Shown piece after piece: positions 52,411 to 64,000 of a stretch of DNA of 64,000 nucleotides (within the stretch, counting starts at the first letter, position 1; the number at the start of each line of letters is the position of its first letter). The notes beneath the pieces are model-generated. The model ran no database searches, had not been told where the DNA came from, and saw only the letters and a list, made by a program, of their open reading frames with translations. The translations under genes and the position numbers were made by a program. The stretch comes from Geosiphon pyriformis uo1 (Eukaryota > Fungi > Glomeromycota). The stretch spans positions 142,763 through 206,762 of the forward strand of contig JAAOMT010000057.1 of the NCBI GenBank assembly GCA_016748015.1, read 5' to 3'.

Positions 52411-55400
52411 CTTGTAGAACATCAATTATGTATATATAGTGGTAGTGTTAGAAGTAGAAAAAGAAGAATCCATTAGTTCAAAACCTTCCACATCACAAAT
52501 ATTAATAAATAATTATTCACTATCTCAACCCATTTTCCACTATTAACACTTCATGTTGATAGTAATTAATACTTAACTACACTAGAACAATAGTTCTTGA
52601 TCACAGTTATTGATGGGATACTAACTTGCAATTGCTTCTGTTTATTTTTTTATCTTCTTTTGTTTGCTTTTATTTCTTTTTGTTATTTCTTTGGTTTTAC
52701 TAAATTGATTAAAGATTAAGCACTAAGATACAAATATCATAGAGACTGGTAAAAGACCCATGAAACAAGGGTAGAACACTTATAGATTTGAAGATAGCTT
52801 ATCAGGAGGATTACTGATCACCACACTGAAAAAAAAATTTGATAGAATTGCGATTCTGAGAGGCTACTGAAAACAAACTATTAAATCTCTGTTCATTATA
52901 CAAAAAACTCCACAACCAAAATCTTCAAATATCAACACCCAAGTACCAACTAAGCACCAAGTTATGGATTTGTTATTTGACTTGAAACCCCAAATAATTA
53001 TCTGTAACATTTGGTACTCCCTGTGAGATATAATCCTACAAAAAACCAGCACCAACAAATAAATCAACAGTGGCAGAATCAGAAAGTATAGGAGCAAACC
53101 ATTTAGGATTCGCAAAATTCTTATTTCAATACTACTGTTAACACTTGGAATTGAACCACAATCAAATATCAGCAGAATCAGTCTTCAATTTTTACATCAA
53201 CAAAAGAATTGCCTATTTGTTAAGAACACCAGTAAATACTGAATCAGTAAGAAAAACTTTTTACCACAAATTAATCCAAAACACCAGCTTACTAACAAAT
53301 TATAATTTCACATTTATCATTACTGAAATTAATAAAGAAATTGAACATCACACACAACAAAGATATCCAATCACTTATGCCAGTAAAGGCAAAGGAAAAT
53401 TACAAACACCAGCAGTAACATCTTAACAGATTCAACTACTCACTTAAAAGAAACACAGAATTAAATCACCAATAAATCCATCATACCACTATACACCTGG
53501 AAGCACCATTAACATCACAGCAACAGGCATGTCCACATCACATGTGATATCAACCTTTGGACAATTTCCATTTCAGAGTAAACAAAGGAAAGAAGATCTT
53601 CTAGGACCATATAGCACATATTTTGAAGGATTTAAGTCACAATCTTCAATGCCATCAGGACTTCAATCTCCACTACCACAACCAGATTTCGGAACTGTAA
53701 GTTCCTGGAAAGTAACAGATTTGGAAAAAGAACAGAAAGAAGAATCTGAAGATCAAGAATTTACTTACCAAAACCTGATCCCAAAAAACCCAAACATTGA
53801 AACCCCAAATTTTCAGACTCAGCAAAATCCAAATTTGGAAAATCCAGAAATTGAGACTCTGAATTTCCAAACACAGTACAATCAGAATGATCACAACCCC
53901 AACATCAATAATCAACAACACTTACCTCTAGTAATCATGATTAATTCAGCTCCACCAATCAACAAACAGCAACAGCAGCTGCTTTAACAGCAGCAACAAC
54001 AACTGCAACACCCAAATGTCAATTCAATAGCCTATGCTCCAATAGCAAAACTTGAGAAATTCACCAGCGAAGAAAATGATGCCTAAATGTGGCTAAACAA
54101 TGTAGAGAAAGCCATTGTAGCCAACGGCTGGAATGATGCCAGAGCCATACAGGCCATTCTTTATTTTCTCCAAAATACTGCCAATTCATAGTATCAAAGC
54201 TTGGCTAACAAACCCCAAGATTTTGCTGTATTCAAGCTTGCATTCCTACAATACTTCAGCAACAATAATAGTATTAATTGGTTAGTAAACACTTTCACCA
54301 CTATCAAACAGAGAGAAAATGAAGCAGTCACTACATACCTAGGATGCTTCCATAGGAATCTGTGCCAGATTCAAGCAATCCAGACTGATTATTTTACAGT
54401 GTCCCAAATCCTAAACCAATTTATTAGAGGCCTGTACAGTAGCATCCTTCAATGTGTATATCCAATGCATCCAGCAGACCTTCAAGCCGCAGTTACCAAT
54501 GTCTGAGATTTTAAAACAGCTGAACTCAAAGCTAACCATGCCTAAGCTGTTAATCTAGTGATGAATGAATCATTTGAATTGGATTCCAAATTGAAACAAT
54601 TCAGTGATTCCATCAATCAGAAATTAGAGGGATACTTAGCTAACAATCATGCAATTTATCAACAACCTCAATGATACAATAATTTAGGAATCACAAATCA
54701 CTCACAAAATCAGTCATGTTCCTCATCATCATCCAATCAGCTGTGGCAGCAAGAAACATGTATCTGTTATTACTGTGGTAAACAAGGACATTTGAGAATC
54801 AATTGTCAGTTAAGAATAAAAAACTCACAATTGGGAAATCAATATCGGATTACAGGTTTCCAACTCTGAGTTATTAATCAAGCTCAGCAACATATTAACT
54901 GACTTACCTGTCAATGATACAACAGCCAATATATCAACCACCTGTATATCAACCTCCAGTTTATCAACCACAGCCACTGATAATATATTAACCACCGCAG
55001 TCACAAATAATATATCAGACACCCACAATTCAAACATCACCATTAAACCCAGCTTAAATGACATCAGGGAACCCTAGATCAAAAATCATCCAAAACTGGA
55101 GATCGGTGATGGTTGTTCACCAACCAATTCCCAGTTCATCCAATCAGCCATCTAGATCACAACAGTAGAGTTCAGAAACTGGATACACTTAAAACCTGAG
55201 TTCCCAGAACTATTTAAGTCTTCTGATTATCCCAGAAGGTGCCTTACTCAACAACCAAGAACCCAAACAGAAGCAACCACTTACAAATATTCTATCAGTC
55301 ACTGTCATAGAAAACAAGTCTTTAGCAGCTATATTTTTTTTCAAAATTAAGGAACTGACAGAAACCCCATTGTTCAGTGGAGCCACACTCGAGAAAAAAT

Positions 55401-58400
55401 CTATTACAGCAATGTACATGGATGCCAAAATTGATGGTCAGTTTATCAAACTGATCTTAGATAATGGATCAGCTGGTAGTATCATCACAAGACAGCTTAT
55501 AGACCAATTAGGTCACCAAGTTGATTGAGCTGCCAGTGCAAGAATAATTACTGCTAATAGAGCCACCAAGACACCAATTGGTGAAATAGATGCCCTACCT
55601 ATTGAAGTCAATGGTATCATTGTACTGATCAAGGTATTAGTTATGGAAGCCACTCAGTACTAAGCACTCGTTGACAATGACTGGCTATCCAAAACCCATG
55701 TGACACTCAATTGGAACACCTAAAAGCTTCAGCTTAATCAAAATGGTCAATACACACGTGTACCAGCCACATGTGGCCACTTTAAACCCATTATCACACC
55801 ATCAGCACCACTTATTAAGTTCAAAGAAGAAAAAGAGAAACCTACTTGGGAAGCGTACCAAATTTCTTGGGCCAATGAAGACCACAATGAGTTGTTGCCA
55901 ATACTCTCCTGGGATGACAACAACAAAAAAAAGCAGGAAAAAGAACTTACCTGGAATATTGACCAAGTCTGGAAAACTAATAATAACCAAGACGAATCAG
56001 CAAACTGGGAGTGAAAAAAAATGAACAAGGGAAAAAGAAAGGAGAAAGAAAAAAAAACCATCCTCACTAGTAACACTTATAGTTTATATGCTCACACTTT
56101 ATCACAATCATCCAATTATTGTCAACCAAAATTAAAGTGTATTGATTGTGGTAAGAAATTGTTGTCAATGGGCACATGTTGTGGCAATAACAAGGAATAC
56201 TCTATGACAACAAAATTCTATTGCTGCCCATGTATCATAGAACACTTTGGACAACCGAAACAACAAGGAAAGTGGGACAACCAATCATGTCTCACATGTG
56301 AAACCATTTTGCCTAATGAAGAAATGTGGAATAACATTCCTGGGCATGGAGGAACGTGTGACAAGATGTGTCAATATATGATTCTAATCAACGACTGGAT
56401 AAGCAAAGAAACACCAATTGACGACGCCTAGAAAAAAGTGTTGTGACAATTAGAAGGATACTCCCATGATAAACATAAACTCTGGAGAATGATGTATACG
56501 AAAGCAGAAGGCACAACCACCAGCAGACTACTGGAAATTAAAAACAACTCTCTATTTCTTCCTGAATCCGAATATGTCCAAATCTTTAATGTATTTGGCA
56601 ACATTGAAGATGACCTAGAGGAATTCCACAAACATTACCAGCATTTAGCACTTACTAAGGAAGAACAAGAGCAGTATTTAGAGCAGTTAAACACTCAATT
56701 ATGTCAACATTGCTTAATCTCATGTGACTTTCAGTATTGTAATGAGTGTAACCTTATTTACAATCCACCACCACACATGATTTACACAATCTTAGAAGAA
56801 GACAAACCCATAAGCAGCTGCACATCAGAATTGGAATCAGTTTTTAATCCTGATTTAAACTCTGACAACAATGACAACAAAAACACCAGTTCTAGCTCTG
56901 CTAAAAATGGCAACAAAAATAACAACAATTCGGATTCCAATTCAACTTTCAAAACATATATTGCCCTTCCTGACCTTACCAAGGAGCAAGAACTGAAATG
57001 ATTTAGTGATAATAATGAAGATATTATGCTTAAATGTGCACATAATACTGATGCAGAATTTGATCTAAGATATTTGGAGAAAAATCTCATCAAATTGGAA
57101 CCTCATTTGTGCACTTGCATTGATCTGAAAATAGCACTGGAAATTCCAGCAACAACAATGGTTCAATTAGCATCTAGGAGTAGTTTAGCAAAAAGAGAAA
57201 TCAACATCAGAGAAAGAATAATTGATGCAGAATATGTAGAAAATATTATTGCTATGCTACAAAATGACTCAGAAAAAGCATATACTATAGATCTAAACAA
57301 AAAAATAGCACAGGCAATATTCCTACCTCTGGTGAAAGTAGTTCAGCTAGTGTCAGTGAGAAACAGGAAAAAATTAGGGATTATTGCTAGAGGGATACAG
57401 GGATTTAGATCAACAGATAGAATAAATACATTAGTTAATATGGCAAAGGAAGAAATTGTTGACAAAGGAGAAATTATCTCAACTCGTCAAACAATTTCCA
57501 TTCTGTCATATAACCAGTATATGTTAGCTATAAAAAGAAAAGTAAAGGATCAAGCTCAATTGTTTGAAGCAGAAGCCACTATTTGCAAATCAAAAGAGAT
57601 TGGACTCACTAATCTCTATATATTAGCCAAAAGCCCCAAAAATATCAAAATTCCCATTTACAACACAACAGGAAGTGTTATTGAAATACCAAAAGGAACT
57701 ATCATTGGATATTTAACCACCAAAGTTGAGGATCAACCACCAAACCACATTTCAGATTTTCCACAGCTTTGTGGATATGTAAACATTACATCACAAATTA
57801 TTTATGGACGAAGTAAATGTTATCTGCTCCAACCAGAACAATTGGAACAGATAAACATGGGAAATCTAGACCTGCTCCAACAAATGCAACTAAAGATATT
57901 ACTCAACAAATTCAATAACATCTTTGCCAGTGAAAATGAATTTGGCAGAACCAACATAATCCAGCATCAGATTAAAACTAGAGATGCAATGCCAATTAAA
58001 CAAAGAGCATACAGAGTACCACCAGCTAGCCATGAGATTATTCATCAAAAAATTAACCAAATACTTGACAACAGGCTAATTCAACCATCAATGAGTCCAT
58101 AGTCGTCACCAGTAGTACTAATCCAGAAAAAAAATGGGAAAATCCACTTTTGTGTAGACTATTGGAAACTGAATGGAGTAACAAAAGGTAATAGCTATCC
58201 AACTTCAAAGATCTAAGAACTATTCGACACTTTTGGAAGAAATAAATAGTTCTCAACACTGGATTTAGATAATGGTTACTGACAAGTAGCCATGAACTCA
58301 GCCAACAAAGAGAGGGAAATTTTGAGTTTGAAGTTATGCCATTTAGATTGATGAATGCTCCAGCAACATTCCAACAGCTCATGGAAATTGTCTATACTAG

Positions 58401-59261
58401 ATTACTATGGGAATTAGTAGTCGTATATTTGGATAACACCAATGTGTTCTCAAAAACATTTGATAATTATTTGCATCATCTTCAACAAGTGTTTGAAAGA
58501 TTAAGAAGAGCCAGACTAAAGCTAAATGTGACCAAATGTTTTTTTGGAAAAACTGAACTCAAGTTTTTGGGACATGTGGTGGGCAAAGATGAAATCAAAA
58601 CAGATTCAGATAAGATTGCAATAGTAAAAAACTTTTCAGTACTAGCAAACTTGTTAGAACTAAGGGCATTTTTGGGATTTGCAGGCTATTATCAATGTTT
58701 CATCAAGGACTTTTCTAAACTAGTCCAGCCATTTCACCATCTACAAACCAAAAATGTGAAGTATAAATAGACTAAAGCTCAACAAGAGACATTCGACACA
58801 CTGAGAAAAAAGCTTATTCAAGCTCCAGTATTGATGTATCCAGATCACAGCAAATCATTCATTATTACTACAGATGTATTAAGTCAAACATTGGGAGCAG
58901 TACTATTACAGAAAAGACCAGATGGAAGAGAACATTCAGTAGCTTACACCAGTAGAAGCTTAAGTCCAGCCGAAAAGAACTATAGAACACCAGTACTGGA
59001 ACATTTAGCAATCTATTGGGCAGTCATGAAATAGAGAGAATACTTGAGCCAAAAGTTTGAAATATATACAGATCACAAGGGATTGATTTCAATTCAGAAA
59101 CAAAAATTTGCAGATGATTGTCATATCAGATGGAAAATAGAACTTTCACTATTCAATTATACAGTACATTATAAAAAAGAAAAAGACAATGAAAATGCTG
59201 ACAAATTGTTACGAATAAGACAAATCTAAAAACATTTCAACTCAAAAATATATAACAAAAG

Positions 59262-60637
59262 ATGAACACACAAAAATACCAACAACTCCAGCATTATATA
59301 AATACTCAATTGTTTAAGGAGAAATTATCTCAAAAAGAACAAAACAACATAAAACAGCAATCAAAATATTTCATCAATCATCAAAATATACTTTACCAAA
59401 AAAACAGAAGAAATCCAGACCAATTAACCAGAGTAATTACAGAATCAGAAAAAAAAACAATATTGTTTAACATGCACTCAAATCCAACAGCAGAACATTT
59501 TCATAAAGAAGCAAGTATAAAAAGAGCCAGAAAAAGATACTATTGGCCATTAATATATCCAGACATCATCTAATATGTTCAAAGTTGTGATGCTTGTCAA
59601 AAAAAAGATAGAACAAGACCAAGTGAACTATTAAGACCAATCAAAGTGGGACAACCATTTAATTGCATTGGAATTAACTTAGTTGGACTATTAACAATTA
59701 TCAGCAGAGACAACAGATATATCGCAGTAGCCATGAACTATCTCACTAAATGGCCAGAAGCAAAAGCCATTCAAAGAGCAGATGCAGAATCTGTTGCCAA
59801 ATTTGTGCATCAAGATTTGATTTGTTGACATGGATGTCCAAAAAAACTATTATCAGATCAAAGAACTCACTTTGTAAACAAAACATTAGCAGAATTAAGC
59901 CAGAGATTTGGAATCAAAAGACCATTATTATCACCATATCATCTACAAACAAATGGGTTAGTTGAGAGGTTTAACCAAACATTGTGTAAAGCAATCACCA
60001 AGATCAGTCAAAAAAATCAGGATAAATGGGATTTGTTCATACTATCAGTATTATTTGCTTATTAGACAATGAAGCAAGACACTACACAAGCAACACCATT
60101 TGAATTAGTATATGGTAGAACAGTAACATTATCAGTTGAGATAGAAGTCACCACTTATCCAACAGAACCAATAATTGAAGACAATTTTCAGGAAATGTTG
60201 CTAAAAAAAACATATGACTTAATAAAAACATTAGAAAATAAACAGCAAAAAACAGCTGATAACATCCAAAAATTACAAAAAAAACAAAAAGAAAGACATG
60301 ATAATTAACTACCAGACAAACCAGTTGAATTTAAAATTGAAGACAAAGTACTTTTATATCGTATCAAAATGGAAAAACAATGGAATGAAAAATTTGGCCC
60401 AAATGAGATGGACTATTTTACATAGAAGAAATTTTTGGAAATAAAGCTTATAAATTAAGATGGGACAACAAAATCTTAACCAAAACAGCACATGGAGATC
60501 AACTGAAACCATATTACCAAATAACATCATCATCCACCAATAACATTCTACAATTGGAAGTACAACAAATACTAGTTTAATCAGATAAGATTCCACAAGA
60601 CCTGGAACCAATCATAATTATTGGACCAAACACGTAA
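59262..60637 (+). pseudogene. Element A2 integrase ORF (separate ATG, no chromodomain evident)
   Basis: MNTQKY...HSNPTAEHF..YYWP..CDAC, GINLV, TKWPEA, TNGLVERFN, TPFELVYG, GPY/F-like tail. Confidence 0.85.
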
Positions 60638-60673
60638 TATTAAACAAGAAAAGAGTATATAAAGACACAGTAT

Positions 60674-61327
60674 ATGCAACAAAGGCAACCAAGAAAAATA
60701 GAAATACCAGATTATATTCATGTTATAGCTCAACAATTATTTCAGGCCTTAAGTTAACAATTTTTAGACATGAAAATTATTATTAACAACCAAACAATTT
60801 GCTATTGAAACACCAAAAAAAAAACAAAAAATACACTATATTAGCAGTTACCAAAGAATGATAAAAACCGGTTAGATAACATAATAGAAAAAGTAAAGAA
60901 CACTTTTGGAAAAATACCTATTATAGCACCAACAGAAAAACTTACAAAAGAGAATTAGAAGCAATGAACAGAACAACTTCTAATATTATACTGTTATTAC
61001 CAGTTAAGTCGAAAGTTGAATATTCAAAAGTTGTATATTGACAAATTCAAGAAAAGAATTAACCAAAACATAATACAGCAAATTGAAGACTTTATTGGGA
61101 AAAAGACAAACTCAACACTACATGTAAAAACAATTTATTGACTACACAACATATTTCAGAACTATCCAGAAATACTGTTACACTCTGACATGGAAACCAT
61201 AACCATTAACCAATGGGGAAAAATAAACAATGTACAAGTAGAAGACGTGAAAAATAAAGTCAAACAAACAATACTAGAAAAAAAAGTATTAAAGCTAATT
61301 CAGAATAAAGATTTTGACAGAGCTTAA
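60674..61327 (+). pseudogene. Element A2 ORF3, ~217 codons, unknown function
   Basis: Single frame ATG to TAA (654 nt) with six internal stops, each one transition from a sense codon; lies between integrase and PPT. Confidence 0.6.
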
Positions 61328-64000
61328 TATTAAAAAGGAAGAGATAATATTACTCATAAAAAAAAAACAGATATAGAAAAAATAGTAAACCAATAAGTGA
61401 ATAATATGTAGCATGTGAGCACATTGCTCAGCAATGTAGAGCAATGATAGAAATTATGGCACATTGTTTGGCAATGTCGAGCAATGTTAGAAAACACGGC
61501 ATATTGCTTAGCAATATAGAGCGATGTTAGAAAATAAGAGCACATTGCTCAGCAATATGAGCATTGCTCAAGAAATTATAGCACATTGCTCGGAAATGTG
61601 AGCAATCTTGTAGAACATTAATTATGTATATATAGTGGTAGCATTAGAAGTAAAAAGAGGAGAATCCATCAGTTCGAAACCTTCCACATCACAAATATCA
61701 ATAAATAATTATTTACTATCTCAACTCACTCTCCACTATTAACACTTCATGTTGATAGTAATTGATACTTAACCACACTGGAACAATAGCTCTTGATTAC
61801 AGCTATTGATGAGATACTAACTTGCAATTGCTTCTGTTTATTTTTTTATCTTTTTTTGTTTACTTTTATTTCTTTTTGTTATTTCTTTGGTTTTACTAAA
61901 TTGATTAAAGATTAAGCACTGAGATACAAATGTCATAGGGACTGATAAAAGACCTGTAAAACAAGGGTAGAACACTCATAGATTTGAGGATAGCTTACCA
62001 AAAAAATTACTGGCCACCACACTGAGAAAAAAATTTGATAGAATTGTAATTCCAGAAGGCTACTGAAAACAAACTATTAAATCTCTGTCCATTATACAAA
62101 GAACTCCATAACCAAAACCTTCAAATATCAACACCCAAGTACCAACTAAGCACCAAGTTATGGATTTGTTATTTGACTTGAGACCCCAAATAATTATCTG
62201 TAATAATACAATATGGCAACAAAGATAACAACAATTTGGACTCTGATTCAAATCCCAAAACATACATCACACTCCTTGATCTTACCAAGGAACAAGAACT
62301 TAAATGGTTCAGTGATAATAATGAAGGTATTATGTCAGAATGCACACATGATACTGATGCAGAGTTTGATCTGAGATATCCAGAAAAAGATTCTATCAAA
62401 TTGGAATCATATTTGCACACCTGCATTGATCTGAAAATAGCACTGGAAATTCCAATGACCACCATGATTTAATTAGTATTTAAAAGTAGTTAGCAAAAAA
62501 GGGAATCAACATCAGAAAAGAAATAATTGACACAGAATATGTAGAAAATATCATTGTTATGCTACAAAATGACTCAGAAAAAGCATACATTATAGATCCA
62601 AATGAAAAAATAGCACAGGCAATCTTCCTATATCTAGTGAAAATAGCTCAGCTAGTGTTAGTGGAAAACAGAGAAGAATTAGGGATCACAGCTAGATGGA
62701 TACAAGGATTCGGATTAATAGGTAGAATAGATGTATCAGTTAATATGATAAAGAAAAAAATTGTTGACAAAGAGAAATTATCTCAACCCGTCAATCAATT
62801 TCCATTTTACCATATGACCAGTATATATTAGCCATAAAAAGAGAAGTAAAGAATCAAGCTCAATTGTTTGAAGCAAAAGCCACTATTTGTGAATCAGGAA
62901 AAATTGGCCTCACTAATCTTTACATATTAGCCAAAAGCCCCAAAAATATCAAAATTCTCATCTACAATACAACCGAAAATGTTATTGAGATACCAAAAAG
63001 AACCACCATCAGATATTTAACCACTGAAGTTGAGAATCAACCACCAAACTACATTCCAGATTTTTCACAGCTTTGTGAATATGTGGATATCACATCACAA
63101 ATCATTTATAGACAAAGCAAATGCCATCAGCTTCAACTGGAACAATTGAAACAGATGAATTTGGGAAATTTAAACCCACTTCAATGGATGCAACTCAAGA
63201 TGTTACTCAACAACTTTAATCACATTTTTGCCAGTAAAAATGAATTTGGCAGGATTAACATAATCCAACACCAGATTAAGATTAAAGATGCAATGCCAAT
63301 AAAACAAAGAGCATATAGAGTACCATCAGCCAACCATAAAATCATTCATCAAGAAATTAACTGAATGTTTGACAATGGGCTAATTCAGCCATCAATAAGT
63401 CCATAATCATCACCAATAGTACTAGTCCAGAAGAAAAATGGAAAAATCCGTTTTTGTGTGGATTATTAAAAACTAAATAGAGTAACTAAAAGTGATAGTT
63501 ATCCAACTCCAAAGATCCAAGAGCTATTTGATGCTTTTGAAGGAAATAAATGATTCTTGACACTGGATTTAGATAATGGTTATTGGCAAGTAGCCATGAA
63601 TCCAGCTTATAAAGAAAAAACAGCTTTCACAACACAAGAAGGGAATTTTGAATTTGAAGTTATGCCATTTGGCTTGATGAATATACCAGCAATATTTCAA
63701 TGGTTTATAGAAATTGTCTATACTGGACTACTGTAGAAATCAGTAATTGTTTACTTAGATGACACCAATGTGTTTTCAAAAACATTTAACAATCATCTAC
63801 ATCATCTCCAACAAGTGTTTGAAAGATTAGATTAAAGCTAAATGCAACCAAATGTTTCTTTGGAAAAACTGAACTTAAGTTTTTGGGGCATGTTGTAAGC
63901 AAAAATGGAATCAAAACAGATTCAGACAAAATTGAAATTGTCAAGAACTTTCCAGTACCAAATAATTTCACAAAATTAAGAGCATTCTTGAGATTTGCTG

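Larger units (their letters stand above)
52152..62205 (+). mobile_element. Full-length Ty3/Gypsy element A2 inserted in same-family element A1
   Basis: LTRs 52152-53009 and 61348-62205; PBS TGGTACTCCCTGTGAG; PPT aaaaaggaagag 61332-61343; TSD ACGC/ATAC; gag, protease, Cys-rich domain, dUTPase (~57010-57420), RT, RNase H, integrase remnants. Confidence 0.93.
36488..64000 (+). mobile_element. Ty3/Gypsy element A1 (outer host of the nest; 3' end beyond window)
   Basis: 5' LTR 36488-37385, PBS tagtgcttcctgt; gag 37.4-38.5 and 47.4-48.2 kb; protease LILDSG (~48730); Cys-rich domain 51.4-52.0 kb; dUTPase ~62320-62725; RT (YLDD ~63755). Reading frames rejoin across insertions. Confidence 0.88.

Noticed and set aside
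60674-61327. ORF3 as an env gene
   Set aside because: No signal peptide, transmembrane segment or furin-like site visible.

Overview
Eukaryotic, intron-rich, very AT-rich fungal DNA. Gene style and TE families suggest Glomeromycotina, most like Geosiphon (from recall, not a search). The window has two gene islands. The first (1-10.5 kb) holds UTP10, V-ATPase subunit c (VMA3), RNA polymerase subunit RPB12, a CDK/CAK-like kinase and a gene with five GATA-like zinc fingers. The second (24.6-31.7 kb) is FAB1/PIKfyve. The rest is decayed and nested TEs: a minus-strand LINE carrying three solo LTRs (12.9-22.3 kb), and from 36.5 kb to the window end a Ty3/Gypsy element into which two full-length Gypsy elements and two inverted solo LTRs have inserted. 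Most insertions have recoverable 4-bp TSDs. The most notable result is the Gypsy architecture. Two families with unrelated LTRs and different primer-binding sites share one long ORF (Gag-protease-unknown Cys-rich domain-dUTPase-RT-RNase H), then a natural stop, a ~30-nt spacer and integrase as a separate ATG-initiated ORF. One family adds a third ~217-codon ORF of unknown function before the PPT. The TE decay I could score is almost purely C:G>T:A in all dinucleotide contexts. Coordinates and counts were obtained by eye.
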